DNA of 64,000 bases, from contig CM119373.1 in NCBI GenBank assembly GCA_051294905.1, positions 2,482,001-2,546,000 on the forward strand, given 5' to 3'. Positions within the stretch are counted from its first letter, which is position 1. Each line of letters begins with the position of its first letter. The DNA is from Botryllus schlosseri (Eukaryota). This document shows, piece by piece, positions 10,322 to 24,062 of this stretch. The translations under genes were made by a program, and so were the position numbers. Under the pieces are notes generated by a model, which had not been told where the DNA came from, searched no databases, and saw only the letters and a program-made list of their open reading frames with translations.

Positions 10322-11281
10322 GGGGAGATGTGGTACCGATGAAACACTGGGACCGAAAATACTTGAAAAATTCTCTGTGATAATCCCATGATTACAATAC
10401 GCGACTTTGTCTACAATGGCATGCTGGCAGAATCTTTCCTCACATGCAAAAAACTTCGACCTGCGTGAGTTATGGGGTCTGTGAAAAATGATTTACGTTT
10501 TAGATGGTGCAAAGTAAATTTGGATCGACATATAAATTTTTCTATATCACCTTCCAGACTAACAAACCCGCAATAATTTTTGATGTTAATTATAGGGCTT
10601 GTATCAGGGCACATAATGGCACATATTTTTTGAATCAATACCATCCTCAAGTGGACTATTTTCAATTCAATTACAATGTTTGTAGGGTGGGGGACCTATG
10701 GTACCATAGCCAAATCAAGCAAAATAGTTGGACCAACTAATCAATTAACAACAGAAACACGCCCACATATGCAGAGGCTGTAAATTATAGTTACCTGTGG
10801 CTTGTTATCGCTATTACGAGGTATATGAAAGTCAAAATGTCGGTTTTCCGGTAATATGTATGTGGCATTAATTTTGTAAATTTCGGCGGAAATCAAAACT
10901 TGATTTCATCCCAACATTCGAGTTGATATAATCTATTTCATTCTTGTAGGTGACGAAACATTCTTCATTGGCATGCTGTAGCTTAGATTAGAGTACACAA
11001 CAAAACAAGTTGAAAAATTTTGAGTTTTGAGCCTAAGTCGCATAGGTACCATGGTCGTGTGCCATTGGACCCACCGGGTGGGGACCGATGACACGTTCGA
11101 GCAACAAATTTCAAACGTTTATAAATATTATTTGGAAAAGGAGGATATCCATGTAAATGCCCGCGATTGTTAGAGCTTGTATTAAAGTGTTGAGACAAAA
11201 AAATATCGGCTATTCTCGGCTGAAGATTTGAGGGCCAGAGATCATTTTGCAATTTTTGATCCATCTGTACCACATCTCCCC
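10322..11281. mobile_element. Non-autonomous DNA transposon with 15-bp TIR, possibly Tc1/pogo-like
   Basis: ggggagatgtggtac ... gtaccacatctcccc; flanks TA / CA. Confidence 0.65.
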
Positions 11282-11378
11282 CACCAATTTTTTACTACGG
11301 CTATGGAATGCGTATGCCGTCTGATAACCTGCTAGAGTTGTAATCTGAGTTCCACGTAATGTGAGGCTAGGTAGATAC

Positions 11379-12877
11379 TAGGGATGGTGTGAACCTCTGA
11401 ACGCGAACCTTTTTTGAAGGTTCTGTGTGAACGCGAACGTGAACCTCATGACGTCACGTGACGTCATATTGCTAATTCCAACCCCACATTCAGTGAAGTG
11501 ATACCGTATATTAACGTACACGATATCTACCGACGACTCGAACCACATAATGCTACAATGCTGAAGACATATTGACGTTTTAAATGTCGCCAAATGTATC
11601 AACTGGGGCAATCAAATTATATAATAATCCCATGAAATCAATATCTTTCGTCGCTTTGCCAACAATTTCGACGACGACTTGCAAGGGAATATAAGCTTAT
11701 GCCTTAACGGTCTATAGGCCAGACCAGACAATGTATTCGGCGTCTGAGTATTGCTACGTTGATATTGAGCAGAGTGTAAAACCGGTTTTTATACTTGCTA
11801 CCGATATTACCCCATTAACAAGTTTTACAGCAGTAGCCAACACCATCATCGGACGGATTTGGTTTATATGATACAATAAACATATGCAATCAAGATTGAC
11901 GCCGTACGCCGGCTGCATTTTTACATCAGACCACGATATCAATTTCATAGATTGGTTGAATAAGCATCATTCGCTGACTACTGTATCTCGCTCTTGATGT
12001 TGTCTGATTGCGGGCCAAGCTCACAGCAGAGAGTCGCTAAATATTCACAAACGGAAAGCTGGATATTTCGAGCAAATTTTTGTAACAAAGCAAGTCAAAT
12101 TTTTGAGATTGGCAAGGTGCATGCACGTTTGGTGTTGATTTTTTTTAATGCTGCCAGCACCATGCATAGAGTGGTGCTAAGTTGAAATGCAAAGAATTTC
12201 AACCAAAGATGTTATATTGACGTGAAAAATGGTAATATATGAAAAAGGTTCACAGTCCAGAACCTACCAAGAGTCGTTTGTGAACGTAAACCTCTAAATT
12301 TCTGAGGTTCACACACTGAACGCGAACCAGTGATGAGCGGATAGTGCTTTTCGAGAATCCGAATCCCTCCGACAACTTTAGTGTCTAAGGAAAACTCCCT
12401 CCGACTCCGAAGAGTTCAATCCCAGACTCCGAGATACTCCGATGAATCTCGTAAGTATCCGAAACAGTGGCAATCATTGTACACTTGGTAATGTGTTTTA
12501 CTAAATTAATGTGGTAACAAGGTTGGCCTCATAGTACTGTCTACTCTGCAGTCCCAAATTGCAGTGCAGATGGCTGATTTTTATGCACTTGGCATCATTT
12601 TTGCATGTTACCCGTCATATTACAACTTTACAAAGTGTCAACTATCTGTGTTTTGGTTTGTAATCATAATCAAGAGTGTATTCTGGTCAGAGCTATCCAA
12701 AGACATCGGAGACAAAAGTTACAATACTCCGAAATTCTCCGAAAAAATATTTGTAGTAAACTCCGACTCCGCTCCGACTGTCACAAAACCGGCAAAACTC
12801 CGCTCCGTATCCACTCCGACTCCGCTCCGATGCTCTTCACTAACGCGAACGTGAACCTCACGTTCACACCATCCCCA
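11379..12877. mobile_element. hAT-type MITE (tagggatggtgtgaa family) with nested MITE
   Basis: TIRs; TSD gtagatac/gtagataa; GTGAAC subterminal repeats; inverted homolog at 23036-24062. Confidence 0.85.
12328..12842. mobile_element. Nested hAT-type MITE with CTCCGA repeats
   Basis: cagtgatgagc ... gctcttcacta; perfect TSD acgcgaac; absent from the 23036 copy. Confidence 0.85.
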
Positions 12878-13390
12878 GTAGATAATACTTGGCTCGCAGT
12901 GGTAGACGCACGTTCCTTGCGTTAGTCCTTGATCTGACAATTTCAACGTGAATGCAACGACAGTATTGCCTCAGATAGATATATTGGCCGAATATGTATG
13001 GAATAGACAGTAGGATATCGAAAATGATTCTCATATAATTCAAATACTTGAGCTGATGAATGGTAAGTCACGTGGTATGAGAAGAAAGACATAAATTACG
13101 TGACATGCAGGTATGAGAGAGAGCCAGGGCTCTACACTACATAGGCACTGATAGTTTCGACTTTGACTACCTCAGCAAACAACATCGTGATCTCGCATGG
13201 ATCAAATATAGGCCCGCATACTTTTGCATCTGCTGTAGCACGAAGTAGCTCCTCACCTTTACCCCTGTTCGCAGCTTTCAAAATCACCGACCAGCTCTCG
13301 CACCCATAAAATTCCTTTGGGAATTCACGGACCTCATTTCAATAACTGAATGCGCAGTTGCGCACTTGTCTCGCAGCGATTTGGTTACAC

Positions 13391-14537
13391 CAGAGGTCTC
13401 AAACACGCGGCCCGCGAGACCATTTTGTGCGGTCCGTGACGGCATTTCGGATTTCGAACTATTCGAGAATATTTACCTGCCAAATATCTTCTTTTTTAAC
13501 TTGGTAACTGAAAATTTGCTCTAAAACTACTCATCAAACTTCACTCTTACATCACTTTCAAAAGTTACCACGCAGCGGAAGATGAACTATTACATCGCAT
13601 TACTTGTTTATGAGGGTAAAACATGGCTCGTTGATGATTCAGAACTGAAAATTGTGATTTGGACTTGGGCGCGACCGTTCGTACTCGAATTTGGACTGAC
13701 TAGGTGGTAAAATAAAAATGACTCTATAGTTGAGTCTTAGCTTGTGTGGCGTAGCTTAATTAGATGTCTAAGGATGTCGGTATAGCAACCATTTGCATTA
13801 TGTTGCCCTCTTGATGTATTGTACAGTTAGCTACACCCTGTGTCATCTTGGGTATCTTTATCCTTGCTATTATCGTCAATTAAATGTAGTGAGTGTAAAG
13901 TAGTAGTAGCGTACGCTTCACAGGTGTAGCACCAATGATTTATCCGGCGATTGGACATTTCTATTGCTATGGCACAGTAATCATTATGTTCAAGTTGTTA
14001 TAGATTTGTTCCAATATTCGAAGTTTAATCTAACGCTGATTCAATTTCACTTTGGTAAGGACATGCACAATAGCCTAGTTATCCGGAGTATGCCTGAAAC
14101 CCGGATTAGGCTGTACTGCTCCAATGCTCTGTTATCAGATCAATCTTTGTAAAATTCTAAAATATTCTACCTATTATTGTGACAAGGCAAATGTCCGCTA
14201 GCTGCAAAATTATAACGCTGCAGCTTTTACGATGTCCTGATGCATTTGTACTCTCGCATGGTGTCTACAACTAAATATACAGCAACTATGCCAAGTACAG
14301 AAAAAATTTTATTCAAATATTTTAAAATGTGATTTTTTCCGTGACAGGCGTGAATACGTGAATTCATAATAGTAACTCACATTTTCACGATGCGTGTGGA
14401 ATGTCAGTTTGCAAGGTCCCGTCAAATAAGGCCTACCTGGAAATACATTGAATTACCCTATTATTGGTGCTGCGGCCCGCGGCGTCATCAAAAAGTAGGA
14501 CATTGGCCAGCGAGCGCATTTGAGTTTGAGACCTCTG
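13391..14537. mobile_element. hAT (Charlie-like) non-autonomous element
   Basis: cagaggtctcaaac ... gtttgagacctctg; perfect TSD ggttacac. Confidence 0.9.
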
Positions 14538-15598
14538 GGTTACACGATACCCGAATCCGCAGATTTTGGGCTCAAGCCCAGGTGGGTCGTACGGGAGACC
14601 TTCATGCAAATCGGCAGACCGTGGGCTCAAGCACAGACGGGTCGTACCGAAACCTATACGTAAAATTAGTATTCAATGTTTTCTGCTAGGCCGCGGGACC
14701 TCCAAGATAGCTGGATGGGTACTGCGTTGGACAATTGGAGTATCTGTAGCTTTTCCAAATTAGATTACAATTAGCTACGCTGGGTATAAGATATGACTCT
14801 TTGACATATTTTTAATTTTGTACTTAATTTTATCGCTATTGCAGCAAAACTTCATAACAGCCAGAATAATTATTCTCGTGGCAGCATAAACATGTCTTCC
14901 AGAGGTCAAGACAGTGGTATATCCAGGGTTAGGGGCTCGGACCCCTTTACAAAATCCTCAGATTCAAGTTGCTGTAGCGACAGCTACTATTACCTCTCGC
15001 GAATTCGATGTACCCGACATCGCGCCCGCGTAGTCCTGAATTGCACCATACGTTGATTGATCAAAGAGAATAGCAGACACGGGGACGACTATATGACAAT
15101 CTAGTTTTCAAACGCACATTGTCTTCTTGATCTACGCCGCAAAATGACCTGCCTTGGAAGTAACATTTCCAATTTCCAACGCTTCGCTATCCACGTTTTT
15201 GATCGGTAAGTAGGTTTCTAGTACTGCCGTTTAAATGTAAGCGTGTAGTGCAACGTTATGTGTCATGTTTCCGTCGGTTACTTTGAGAATTGAGAAGTCG
15301 ATTAATATTTAGATTTTCGGATAATAATAATATCAGTTTATATAAATTCTGAGCTATTTACATTGAAATGCCCTATCATAGTATGATTAGTAGCCTACGA
15401 GTTTTTACACTCGAATATTTATCTTTAATGCGCCTCACTGTTGGCGACTAAAACAACAGACCATTGCCTACAATTCATATAATTACCGTTGAAAACTGGC
15501 CTGGACACAACACCAGACCATACAGATAATAATCATACACCGATCATGTAATAACTGTCCTTTGTACCAACATCAACAAGTGATCGCTATTTTCCGAG

Positions 15599-15788
15599 CT
15601 ATGACAAGGTCAGAGACCTGCCACCGTCGATCAAAAATGTGTTTCCAGTGGTCCAAGCGGAGTCGTCAGATGCCAAAAACAGAATTGCTCGTGAAATTTC
15701 CTTTGTGGTACCGAGTCTGCCGATCGGATGAGCGCGGGTCTTACGCTCATAAAACGCATCCAATTCGTCTCCCGCGAGCCCAGCTGAC
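15599..15788 (-). CDS. SDR gene A exon 2 (C-terminus); joined protein 255 aa
   Basis: Acceptor ttaaaag|G phase-compatible with exon 1; AHPIGRLG...AILFLASDDSAWTTG...IDGG. Confidence 0.85.
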
Positions 15789-17102
15789 CTTTTAACGCAA
15801 AGTGCATCGCAATTAATAGTGTATTCAAAGTAGTTTTGAGTTTGCGTGTTCAACACTGAACAATAAGATATGTTTCGTCTGAAGGTAGTATTTGAATTTG
15901 GGAAATGACACAAAAAACACGGTTCCTATTCATAAATATGATAGCATAATAATGCGCTCGAAATTTAAGTTGTTGGGGGTGGCGGAACTTTCTTTCCTAC
16001 CTTAGTAAAAGTTGCGCGGCGGAGCGTTAGGCCTACAATAGCGTTGTTCAATTTCCAGCTACGACGGCTGTATTTGGCGCTAATTGTGTGATGGAAAATG
16101 AGCCGACTTTGTAGTGTAACAGGGTCTGCATGAGCTGCATAATGTGCTCTTCGATTGTGATACTGGTGAAGCTGGTAAAACTGCTGTTGAAAATAGCTGT
16201 GATGCTAATCGGAGCTTAGCACAAGCTTACAGCGGTTCTCAACCGGGGGTCCGCGAAGCAATTTCAGGGGGTCCGCGAGACCTCTAAATTTCAGAGTGGT
16301 TGATATACTAACTTTTATTGTATTTTTTAATTTGAGATAGCATGAGGCAGTTTCACACCACAATTGCTAAAACCTCATGAATCTTATCATCATAATAATC
16401 GTCTGACATGAACTATCGTAGTGTGAAATTCATATTTCTTGCCAATTTTCCAATAACCTGCTGATACAAACATATTGCTGTTTAGAGACGTTCAGTTGGG
16501 GTCTGTGGAAAAAATAAAAATATGGAGATAGTAACGTCAATCAGGGTGACTTTGTAATGTCTGCGAAACCTTCTCAATTTTAAGTTGTTAGTCTCATCAA
16601 ATTAGTCGTTTGAAATAAATATTTCCAAAGTATTTCCTAATTTGTCCAAATACAGGGATTGAAACCTCGCCACGAAATCCATTTTATCCTGTGATATACA
16701 TAACCACTATTTGAACAGCTTCTTGAAGGTACAGAACTTTAATATACAATTGCATAGTATATTCATATTGAAATGAAACCGAATATTTTCGGCTAACACT
16801 CGTCATAAATCGGACATTGATATACCTGCTCTTAAAGCTCGGCTATCAGATTAGGCGCATTCTTATTGCGGATGCCCTATCGACAAGGCTGTTTTTTTGC
16901 TGAACAAGGAGTGTTTCGTTGCTATCAAAGATTACGCTCCAACCATGAAATTCATATCACCGGTTGTATTGGTATGCAGATTTGTCTTGTTATTGTTGAA
17001 TTGTTCACGGTCGAAAACGTTTGCTCGTACATATATATGAAGAGCTTCTTGGAGGTACAGAACTTCAATATACAATTGAATAATATATTCATATTGAAAT
17101 AA

Positions 17103-17136
17103 ACCCGAATATTTTCGGCTGACACTCGTCAGGGGT
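17103..17136 (-). ncRNA. Candidate minimal type I hammerhead ribozyme (Penelope-associated)
   Basis: ACCC-CUGACGA-GUGUCAGCC-GAAA-AUAU-UC-GGGU; core boxes and stem I present, stem II weak. Confidence 0.5.
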
Positions 17137-17264
17137 AATCGTCAGCAACTAGTAGAGAAATGGAAAGAACATTGTATATCAACAATCGTATCACAAAATA
17201 TGACGTCACCAGCATGAAATTTCATGAATGAAAGAGCGTTCAATGTACTATTTTTATCCGCTTA

Positions 17265-17480
17265 AGATTGATGCTGATCGATCAAAGGTCATTAATTCTG
17301 CCATCGGCAAACATCTGTTAGATAATCCGATTTGTGCGAATAATTATCGAGACGACCGATTTCGAATCGTTGGGCGAGGCCGTTCACAATTCCATTTGTG
17401 TGCCTTGGAGTCGACTTTTATCAAAATACACCAACCAAAACTCTGTCAACAAAAGGAGTTCGTGTACCACCTAAAAATAG
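17265..17480 (+). mobile_element. Penelope-like retroelement fragment, C-terminal part of GIY-YIG endonuclease
   Basis: SAIGKHLLDNPICANNY...HLCALESTFIKIHQPKLCQQKEFV resembles the PLE endonuclease end; related pieces at 16715-16805, 17040-17250, 21215-21510. Confidence 0.7.
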
Positions 17481-18081
17481 GCCCCGCCCGCGGTCCGTAT
17501 GTTGCTCGTCCCTGCGCATAAAATATATGTTTCTTCATTTTGGTGTCATAAATGTTGCTATCACACCAAAAGTATCGTCGGAAGCGTTGTGTGTTAATAT
17601 TACATAAGCCTCCAACTCTCTTTGCGGAAATGATTTTCGGCACTCCTCGTTCATGTCAAAACGAAGACGCGGATTTTCAAGACACGACGACGTACTTCAA
17701 GAAATACAGCAGCAAAATTAGCTTTGAAATAATAAAAGTCTACTAAGTTCTACATAAATAGTATGATGTTATTTTCAAGAATAAATCATTATTTTGCTGT
17801 TCATCATAAGCCTACAGTTCATACTTGCACAAGATGGATGAAGGTTGCACCATGATGGAGCTAAAATTGAACTAAAACTTGAGGGGGTCCGCGAGGGTCC
17901 GTGGCGGTCAAAAGGGGTCCGCGAAGTCAAAAAGGTTGAGAACCTCTGAGCTAGAGACTTCGTTCAATAATATAAAATAACAATATATCAGCATTTGGTA
18001 AGATATCACCGGGCTGATCGGCTGTGCTGCAAAATCTAGTAGTGGGCCACGCGTTGGCAACCCCTGGTATAGGCCTACACC

Positions 18082-18521
18082 TTGGGTTGCATTTAAAACA
18101 AATGGTAATTTAAAACACTTTGTTTAAAACATCTTTTAAACAGTGTTTTAAACACAGGCCTTTAAAAAAAATTGAGTTTTTTAAGGTGTGTAATTATGCC
18201 ATAATTGTGTAAATACTTTCCAAAAAACATGTTGTATGGGCCTACGGACGATTACTACCGGATATAGCCGACGTATACGATGTGAGATGGTTGGAACCAT
18301 TAAAATAGTCGGTTCAACAGCTATAGTACGTAGATATCTTGTCAAAGGAACTATATTTACCCTATATTTTCATATGCCATAGTCAATACATTATGACGTC
18401 AAAATTGAATATTCGTGACGTCATGGCTTGAAAACAAACAAACAATAAAACATGTTTTAAATAGGGGCCTTGTTATAACCATGTTTGTTTTAAATTGACT
18501 TTTGTTTTAGATACAACCCTA
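18082..18521. mobile_element. MITE, tagggttgcatttaaaac family
   Basis: TIRs; TSD cctacacc/cctatacc; homologs at 26411 and 48711. Confidence 0.8.
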
Positions 18522-19207
18522 CCTATACCCCAAACAATGCTGGACCAGTATATGACAAAGTCACTGAAATGCCACCTTCCAAGGCGAACGCACCATGTAT
18601 CGACGTTGGAAAACTAGTAAGGTTTACGTAGTACCAGGAATCATTGTCGCTGTGAATTTTGAATGGATCGGATCAGTCATTGCAATTTTATGTAATTCTA
18701 CTACAATAATTAATTCCTATCCCATGAAATCGAGTCTATACCCGAAATGTACTTGTACACTTGTACTAAACACAAGTATTAGTATGGTGATCATTTAGCT
18801 AGTGTTCGTGAATGCTGTACGCCACTACTATGCCGGATTTAGTCTGAAACCAGATGTGTTTTAAAACACTCTGTTCAGCACATGTTTAAAAAATCAATAC
18901 GCAATTGGTCGTATCGCTACATACGGAACATGCAATACAAGGCTACGCCCGTTTGTGGAAATGGCAACGTTGTTATAAATTACGAGATTTGCGGAATTGA
19001 TACTGTATACTTTGTGGTCGCGTTACAGGTACATATTTTGACTTTCCGCATCATTTATGCTGTTATGACGTTGTAATGAAATGATACTGGAATACTCCAA
19101 TTGACTCGAAGCCCTATACTCGATTCAGACTCATAATCACTCAAGCATACTCGATTTTGCTCAGTCTAATTATAATCCACTGGTAGCATGTATCGAATCA
19201 AAAATAC

Positions 19208-19785
19208 CTGGTGATATTGGTCTTCACGAAGGCTGGGTTGACTGAATTCACGCGAACGCCTTTCGGCGCGCACTCGCGAGCCACGCATTTGGTGAATTGA
19301 TCCACTGCCGCCTTGGTCATGCTGTACAGAAGCACGCCTTCAAACGCCTGCAGCCCGGCAATGCTCGAAACGTTCACAATATTTCCTTTCGACGCCACTA
19401 AATGCGGCATAGCCTTCTGAGTCAACACGAACAACGACTTCACATTAACCGTGAAAAGCATATCAAAATCTTCAATAGGTGAAGTTTGTAGACTGCCCAG
19501 TTTGTAAGCGCCCGCATTGTTGATGAGTATATCGAGCCGCTTATACTTTTCAACAATCTTATCCACCAAATTTTCAACCTCCTGTTGGTTTGTGAAATCC
19601 GCGAGTATTTGAAGGACATCTGCGGCACAGTTGTTCCGGCATTTTAATTCTGTTGCGTTCAATTCGTCCTTGTCTCTACCTGTAATGGCTAATATCGCGC
19701 CATGCTTTGCGAAATCTTGTGCTACTTCGCGACCGATACCGCTTGACGCGCCGGTTACTAACACAACCTTACCGGAGAAACTCAT
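19208..19785 (-). CDS. SDR gene A exon 1: classical short-chain dehydrogenase/reductase (FabG/glucose dehydrogenase-like)
   Basis: TGASSGIG, NNAG, NVSS, YSMTK, GVRVNSVNP; donor cag|gtattt; 578 + 190 nt = 256 codons including stop. Confidence 0.92.
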
Positions 19786-20439
19786 GTCGCCTTATGATGC
19801 TCTCGCACAGTCGCGAACTGTTGTCCGCCATTCTTTTCACCGGCATTGGCGTGCTTAATTGCTGAGTCACGGTAGCGTATTGCCGCCGATACGTTCTGCA
19901 CTGCGGATACGATTGAACTGGTTAACTGACTCTGATCGAGGTAGAGCCTGTGTAATTGCGAATACGTCCGTCGATTACCTCCATCGTGACTGGCCCGTTT
20001 GGAATTATAGTATATATTCACTCGAGACACAACGCTATGTCAATATCGACGTGCGCAGAGTGTGTAAAGGTTGCTGTTTTGGTGTAAAGACAGTAGACTC
20101 GTACAAACCGCAAATCTACTTAGTTGACGGTCAACGAACTACTAATTTTTGGGTATTTTAGTACTAGTTCTAGTCGAGGAGTTAGTGAGTAGTTCTAGTC
20201 CAAGTTGGGCATTTAAAAAAAACTTCAATTGTCGAACAACCAGAAGACAAGTGTCGCCATTTGGCGTGAATCAGAATACCGGCATTTATATGTCCTCTTA
20301 TTACTAGGGATGGGCTTCTCGAATCGAGTATCAGTTCTTATGATTGGGATTGAGTAACGAAATCCATTGTTATTCGGTATCGCAATTATATGGTACTCAT
20401 TAATTTATGTACGAAAATTTTTGTTGCAATGCTTTCTTG

Positions 20440-20866
20440 CAGAGATGAGCGGATTTGAAATTTCTATGTCCTAATCCAATCCAAATCCGAACCTTCAAAT
20501 CCAAATCCAAATCCTAATCCATAACTTTTTCATATTCAAGTCCATGTCCAATCCTAATCCGATTCCAACTGGAAATTCAGAAAAAATGCAAATTTATGCA
20601 ATGGAGGAATTTGAAAATTTTCTTTCACAACCAACGATTCACTTGATTCAAGATAACTTAGTAACCATAAGTACATTAATAACTGATCTGAATAAAGTTT
20701 GTCGCCATTCGCCACACGACATTTCAATCTCCCAGAAAATAGGTAAATCCAATCCAAATCCTAATCCGTTGTGAAAAAAATGTCTAATCCAAATCCAATC
20801 CAAATCCGACAAAATTTCACAAATCCTGTTTTTTCAAAACCTAATCCTAATCCATGCTCATCTCTG
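20440..20866. mobile_element. hAT-type MITE with AATCC repeats
   Basis: cagagatgagc ... gctcatctctg; perfect TSD ctttcttg. Confidence 0.9.
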
Positions 20867-21274
20867 CTTTCTTGCCACATCGAATGCCATCCCGTACATG
20901 AAGAAGAGAGCTACCTACATTTATGGCAAGGAAATTTATGCAAAGTGGTGACCGATCCATCGTATTGTCAAAAATCGTAATGACATATTGCTATTAGCAA
21001 ATTCGAATTGATTAATATACGTACGTGTAACTGGCTTATTTACTTCGTAGTAGCATAGAAATTACGTATTCTGACACTTCGATTCCCTCTTGCTATTAAG
21101 ACGTCATAATGGGCGATGTTAGACTTCACGGTTCATAATCGAGAAGGTGTTGAATCACTCAGGTATACATGATTTTGAATGAAGAATCCAGCGTCCATAG
21201 TAAAATATTCGGAAAGCTTTTTGGAGGTACAGAACTACAATATACAATTGAATAGTGCATTCATATTGAAATGA

Positions 21275-21308
21275 ACCCGAATATTTTCGGCTGACACTCG
21301 TCAGGGGT
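21275..21308 (-). ncRNA. Second copy of candidate minimal hammerhead ribozyme
   Basis: Same 34 nt as 17103-17136, inside Penelope-like fragment 21215-21510. Confidence 0.5.
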
Positions 21309-21748
21309 AATCGTCTGCAACTAGTAAATAATTGAAAGGATCATTGAATATCAACAATCGTATCACAAAATATGACGCCACCAGCATGAAATTTCGAATA
21401 CGAGAGCGTTCAATGTACTATTATTAAATGGTAAGCGAACTTCTTTTGTTGACACAGCCTTGGTTGGTGTATTTTGATAAAAGTCGATTCCAAGGCACAC
21501 AAACGGAAGTGTAAGATCAATTTATAGCAATAACGCATTGCAAATTTTGAGTTTGTACCTCTCACAAAATCACAATAACAATTGTGTCAATAAATCAATT
21601 ATCCATATTCGCCACGATTACCATGACTTTAGCGTTCTGTTAGAATGCCACAACACACAATTGTTGCCTTTGTGAGCATGCCTACCAATAAACTACTCGA
21701 AAAGTACTCGGCATAAGCCGTTGTACCCATGCAGTCCTAGGTATTACT

Positions 21749-23021
21749 CAGAGGTGGTGAAAGTAGTCAAGAAAGCTACTCAAGTAGAAGTAGAAGTAGC
21801 GACGAAAAAAATCTACCCAAGTACGAGTGGAAGTACTTCTTCCATAAAGAACCTAAAACTACTTGAAGTAGAAGTAGAAATGACTGACTTTAAATCTACT
21901 CAAGTAAGTAAGTAGTTTTGAAAACTATCGTAATTCGTTCGCATGGCTTGTCAACAGGTGCAAATTGAGCTATGCGAAAGGTGCAGAGCTTGATACATAT
22001 TGATGCATACCAGGAGGTATTCAATTTTCGCCAGCATAAGCATTCGTGCGCATCATGGGATGAAAATGATAATATTGATGTCGAAATGCGATACTCATCT
22101 TCTGCTTAATCGAACAGCCCGTTCTAGAAAATATCACATATTTTAAGGCCCGTGGTTTAGTCGAAGAGCAATACGGAGAAGTTGTACACGATACTGTGTG
22201 AACACTTTGCACGATTAGTAAACGTGAATAAAAAATAGGGTGGATCGTAAAAATGCCATATTGTGTAGCTTGATTTCCGGAAAATAAAGGCAATACAACA
22301 CTTTCTTTTATACGTCAACATGTATGTTATCGAGACAAAAGAACTGATATTAATTAGAGCTTAAAGTATATGAAACTGGGAATTGAAAGTGAAAAATAAA
22401 TAATACTTTTAAAAGCGGAATATGTATTTCATGTCTAAAGATAGAAAGTTTTAGGGTGGTATGTTAAAACAGCTCTAAAACTAAAAAGGTCAGAGTTCAC
22501 TTTTCCAGATTAGGACACGCCATGGACTGCTATATTTTGATATGATAGGTAAATGCTAGATTGCGAAACATCAGTTTCACACGTTATGATGAGACATGTA
22601 TACTGTGGTGAAATATTCCATATGGGCAAAGGGCGACAATGCAGTATGAACGGAACCACGCCAACCCGCTACGCAAATTATATTCACTGATACTTTCGTG
22701 AAATCGTACTGATTACTCCGTATCCACTGAGCGCGAAGCGCGACGAAAATTTTGGGCTTACTCAAATTTTATGAAAATTAAATGTTGATGATCCGTGAAA
22801 ACAGCCCCGAAATTCCTCAAGCTATCTTCCTGATTAAAGGATTAAACTACTTCTACTTGACAAACTGAAAATAGCGAAAAGTAAGTAAGTAGATCACAAA
22901 AATTTACGAAGTAGAAGTAGAAGTAGCGAAAATCAGATCTACTTGTGTAAGTACCAGAAGTAGGAGAACACTACTTGAGTACTTCGAAAAAGTAGAAGTA
23001 CTTCGTTACTGACCACCTCTG
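21749..23021. mobile_element. hAT-type MITE with AAGTAG repeats
   Basis: cagaggtggt ... accacctctg; perfect TSD gtattact. Confidence 0.9.
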
Positions 23022-23035
23022 GTATTACTCTTTAG

Positions 23036-24062
23036 TAGGGATGGTGTGAAGGTGAGGTTCACGTTCGCGTTTTGTGTGTGAACCTCAGATATTTTGAGGT
23101 TCACGTTCACAAACGAACCTTGGTAGGTTCTGCACTGTGAACATTTTCATAAATTATAATTTCCACTTTATTATAACATCTTTGGTTGAAGTTTATTGCA
23201 TTTCAACTGCGGACCACTCTATACATGGCGCTGGCAGCATAAATAAATCAACACTAAGCGAGCATGCACCTTGACAATCTCAAAAATTTTACTTGATTTG
23301 TTACAAACGTTTGCTCAAAATATCCAGCTTTCCGTTTGTGAATATTCAGTGACTTTCTTCTGTGAGCTTGAGCCGCAATCAGTGATTGCCAATCACATTA
23401 CATCTAGAGCAAACTACATTACATGTAGATATCAGCGAATGATGCTTATTTAAATATTCAACCAATCAACGAAATTGATGCCGTTGTCCGATGTAAAAAA
23501 TCTAGCAGGCGTACGAGGTCAATTTTGATTTCATAAGTTTTGTGTATAATAAAAACCAAATCGGTGCGATCGGGGTGTTGACTACTGCTATTTAATTTGC
23601 TAATGGGGTACCATCGGTAGCAAGTATAGAAACACTCTGGTCAATATCAACGTAGCAATACTCAGACGCCGAATACACTGTCCGGTCTGGCCTGGAATGT
23701 TAGGGCGTGAGCTTATATCCTTGCCAGTCATCGTAGAAATTGTTAGCAAAGAGACGGAAGATATTGATTTTCTGGGATGATTATATCAATTTATTGCCCG
23801 AGTTGATATATCTGGCGGCGTATAAAACGTCAATATGTACTTCAGCATTGTGGCATTATGTGGCCCGAGTCGTCGCTAATATCGTGTGCTTGTACATTAA
23901 TAGAGGCTATCACTTCACTGAAATGTAGGGTTTGAATTAGCAATGTGACGTCACGTGACGTCACGTGACGTCATGAGGTTCACGTTCGCGTTCACTCAGA
24001 ACCTTTCAAAAAGGTTCGCGTTCACACGAACCTGAACCTTCCAGAGGTTCACACCATCCCTA
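23036..24062. mobile_element. hAT-type MITE (tagggatggtgtgaa family)
   Basis: Perfect 15-bp TIR; perfect TSD ctctttag. Confidence 0.9.

Larger units (their letters stand above)
16230..17948. mobile_element. hAT-type element in SDR-A intron containing Penelope-like fragments
   Basis: cagcggttctcaacc ... ggttgagaacctctg; ggggtccgcg subterminal repeats; no clear TSD. Confidence 0.7.

Noticed and set aside
19198..19785. Bacterial fabG or complete single-exon SDR genes
   Set aside because: The ORFs lack the SDR C-terminus, which lies in phase-matched GT-AG exons kilobases away; no specific gene symbol is supportable
20544..20980. NP-repeat ORFs, and similar ORFs at 12564-12946, 55140-55578 and 57359-57808
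   Set aside because: Translations of MITE subterminal or minisatellite repeats
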